This document shows, piece after piece, positions 16,742 to 18,472 of a DNA stretch of 18,472 bases. Source of the DNA: Thermovirgaceae bacterium (GTDB lineage: Bacteria > Synergistota > Synergistia > Synergistales > Thermovirgaceae); contig JBKHBH010000035.1 of assembly GCA_046542505.1 (NCBI GenBank), forward strand, positions 1-18,472. Direction: 5' to 3'. The notes below the pieces were generated by a model. That model was given only the letters and a program-made list of their open reading frames with translations, was not told the origin of the DNA and ran no database searches. The first letter of the stretch is position 1, and each line of letters starts with the position of its first letter. The position numbers were made by a program, and so were the translations under genes.

Positions 16742-17716
16742 CTACTCGACCAGGCCGGCTTCCCTGTAATATTTCAGAGCTCCGGGGTGGAAGGGAATCG
16801 GCATTCCCTTTACTGCATTTTCCGGCGTTATGATGGAGAAAGTCTTGCTGATTTCCTGAACCTGGCCTATGTTCTCCACAAGGGCTTTCGTAAATTTGTA
16901 CATCGTTTCCTCATCAAGGTCTTCTGAACAAATGACAATGTGGTTGACCGAGAAAACAGGCGCTTCTTCCGGCATATCAAGAGCCGGAAAATCGGTTTTA
17001 GGCATTGTCCGGACGACAAGGTACGGAATTTCCTCTTCCAGGGCTTTCATCTTCTCCGGGTCGATTCTGATCAAGGTCATATCTTTCGTGGTCATCAACT
17101 CGGTAAGACTGGGAAGCCTCGGTGCCGCGACATAGGCAAGGGCATCGACCTGGTTCTGCTTGACAAGGTTCATTGCATCGGAAAAACCGCTGTATTCCTG
17201 GGTAAATTCGTCCCACTCCAGTCCCAGTGCCGGGAGGACTTCCTTGTTGAGGGCTTCGTCACCATCACCGGGATTGCCAATGGCAATTCTCTTGCCTTTC
17301 AGGTCTTCGACGGTCTTGATGCCGCTGTCGGCACGAGCCAACAGATACCAGTATCCGTGATGTGCCGAGAACCAGCCGTTTACACCCTTTAAGGGTGCTT
17401 TGAAAGGTTCCGCTCCACGGAGTCCCAGCAGCGCGATGTTGGCCATGGTGAGACCCAGTTCCCGTTCACCCTTGGCAATGGTTTCTATGTTCTCCATACT
17501 GCCTCTCGGGCTCGGGACGGGGGTTACATTGTAATCCGGCAAGTTTTCGTTGAGAATTTTTGAAACACCGGAAGCCAACATCATCCAGCCGCCCGTCGGC
17601 GAAGCTGTGCCAAAGGTAACCTGCTTTGTTGCGGCCCCGGCCACCAGAACCCCAACCGTCAAAACAATTGCAAGCGCCAAACACATGACCATCAAAACGC
17701 CTTTTCTGGATCGCAT
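16742..17716 (-). CDS. TAXI family TRAP transporter solute-binding protein, second paralogue
   Basis: Signal peptide. Motifs GTAS.TGGW, GSMEN, DLKGKRIAIG, IPFHPGALKYYREAG. ATG 17716 follows GGGGAGGTG. Confidence 0.92.
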   Translation of the reverse strand: MRSRKGVLMVMCLALAIVLTVGVLVAGAATKQVTFGTASPTGGWMMLASGVSKILNENLPDYNVTPVPSPRGSMENIETIAKGERELGLTMANIALLGLRGAEPFKAPLKGVNGWFSAHHGYWYLLARADSGIKTVEDLKGKRIAIGNPGDGDEALNKEVLPALGLEWDEFTQEYSGFSDAMNLVKQNQVDALAYVAAPRLPSLTELMTTKDMTLIRIDPEKMKALEEEIPYLVVRTMPKTDFPALDMPEEAPVFSVNHIVICSEDLDEETMYKFTKALVENIGQVQEISKTFSIITPENAVKGMPIPFHPGALKYYREAGLVE

Positions 17717-17824
17717 AGCGGCACCTCCCCTAGATATCGGTTCCGTGAAACACCTGGTCGACCCATCGCCCGAAAGCAATACCACGCAACCACGATGCTT
17801 GACCAAAGTCCCGGAAACAAAAAA

Positions 17825-17853
17825 AGGCTACCATAAATTATTTTCTTTGTAAA
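17825..17853 (-). promoter_or_regulatory. sigma70-type promoter of the second TAXI operon
   Basis: Minus strand TTTACA, 17-nt spacer ending TGG, then TAGCCT (extended -10 TGn). AT-rich upstream DNA. Confidence 0.55.
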
Positions 17854-17950
17854 TATAGGCTCTGTTTTTGCTTACGTTTCAAATGCATTTTGTGCAGTTT
17901 ATATCACATATGCAAGTAAACACTGTTTGTAAAACTACGATCCCAATCAT

Positions 17951-17985
17951 AAAAAGGGAAGCCGGAAAACCGGGCTTCCCTTTTT
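17951..17985 (-). terminator. intrinsic terminator (potentially bidirectional) downstream of the right-edge gene
   Basis: AAAAAGGGAAGCC ... GGCTTCCCTTTTT, a 13-bp inverted repeat with T-tracts on both strands. Confidence 0.88.
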
Positions 17986-18013
17986 GAATACATCGATTTT
18001 TCCTGTTGCTCGT

Positions 18014-18472
18014 CTACTCCATCATTTTTCCCGATCTTGCCGCCTGCGCCTCTTTTCGCCGTTTGCACTCAGACGCGACGGTGAGAACCTTCTCGGGGGC
18101 CATGGTCGTGAAGGCAAGCTCTCGTATGGAACCTTCCTTCAGTTTTAAAATCACTCGTGGCAGTCCCGCGCTGTAAATTATCCGCCATGTGCCGTCAGGT
18201 AAAGTTCTCATCCTGATGCCGTAAAGTTTTTTGGCGCCATCCCGCTCCCGGACCGAATCCATGCCTGATACTTCCTTCCAGTCTGCATGGACGTTGAAAA
18301 AGCCGAAGCGGACGACGATATCGTTGAAGGTGATTCGAATCGAAAGAGTTGAAAAATTGACGAGGAGAAAGAAAAAGAGAGCCGTGAGAAAGAACAGCAT
18401 GGAACGCACGGCAGCCGTCTGCGGGTCCGAGGGCTCTATAGATGCCGCCAGTATTCCCGAAGCGGCTGCTGC
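18014..18472 (-). CDS. hypothetical membrane protein, 5'-truncated by the window (possible bacterial PH-like domain after a TM helix)
   Basis: The frame stays open to the window edge beyond the GTG at 18409. TM segment 'MLFFLTALFFFLLVNF' is followed by 'IVVRFGFF..W.EV' and 'FTT..PE'. Confidence 0.65.
   Translation of the reverse strand, partial: AAAASGILAASIEPSDPQTAAVRSMLFFLTALFFFLLVNFSTLSIRITFNDIVVRFGFFNVHADWKEVSGMDSVRERDGAKKLYGIRMRTLPDGTWRIIYSAGLPRVILKLKEGSIRELAFTTMAPEKVLTVASECKRRKEAQAARSGKMME

Noticed and set aside
1..18472. Mobile elements, CRISPR arrays, tRNA/rRNA, defence systems and stop-codon recoding
   Set aside because: No transposase or integrase, repeat-spacer array, RNA-gene signature or interrupted reading frame was seen by eye.

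Overview
Bacterial chromosomal window with no mobile elements, RNA genes or CRISPR seen. The gene set and the first protein resemble those of anaerobic amino-acid-fermenting Synergistota (inference from recalled homologues, not from a search). Left block: a fold-IV aminotransferase with non-canonical D-amino-acid transaminase residues converges on an RpiR/MurR regulator. The regulator is divergent from a tight operon: TAXI-TRAP binding protein, DUF1850-like protein, fused TRAP permease, octopine/nopaline-family opine dehydrogenase and an SbnB-like ornithine cyclodeaminase-family enzyme, closed by a strong terminator. Middle: a shortened DUF2207-like membrane protein, an M20 carbamoylase/allantoate amidohydrolase-type hydrolase and CsaA. 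Right block (minus strand): a second, divergent TAXI-TRAP system with a translationally coupled amidohydrolase, an atypical LctP-family permease, an unlisted 48-aa two-helix membrane microprotein and an Lrp/AsnC regulator. A partial membrane-protein gene lies at the right edge. Best leads: (i) a candidate opine / N-carboxyalkyl-amino-acid uptake and catabolism operon with two unrelated NAD-dependent C-N dehydrogenases; (ii) the hidden microprotein coupled to the LctP-like gene; (iii) an exact 13-bp motif shared by the regions upstream of the lctP-like and lrp genes; (iv) the second TAXI-amidohydrolase module. All substrate assignments are hypotheses.
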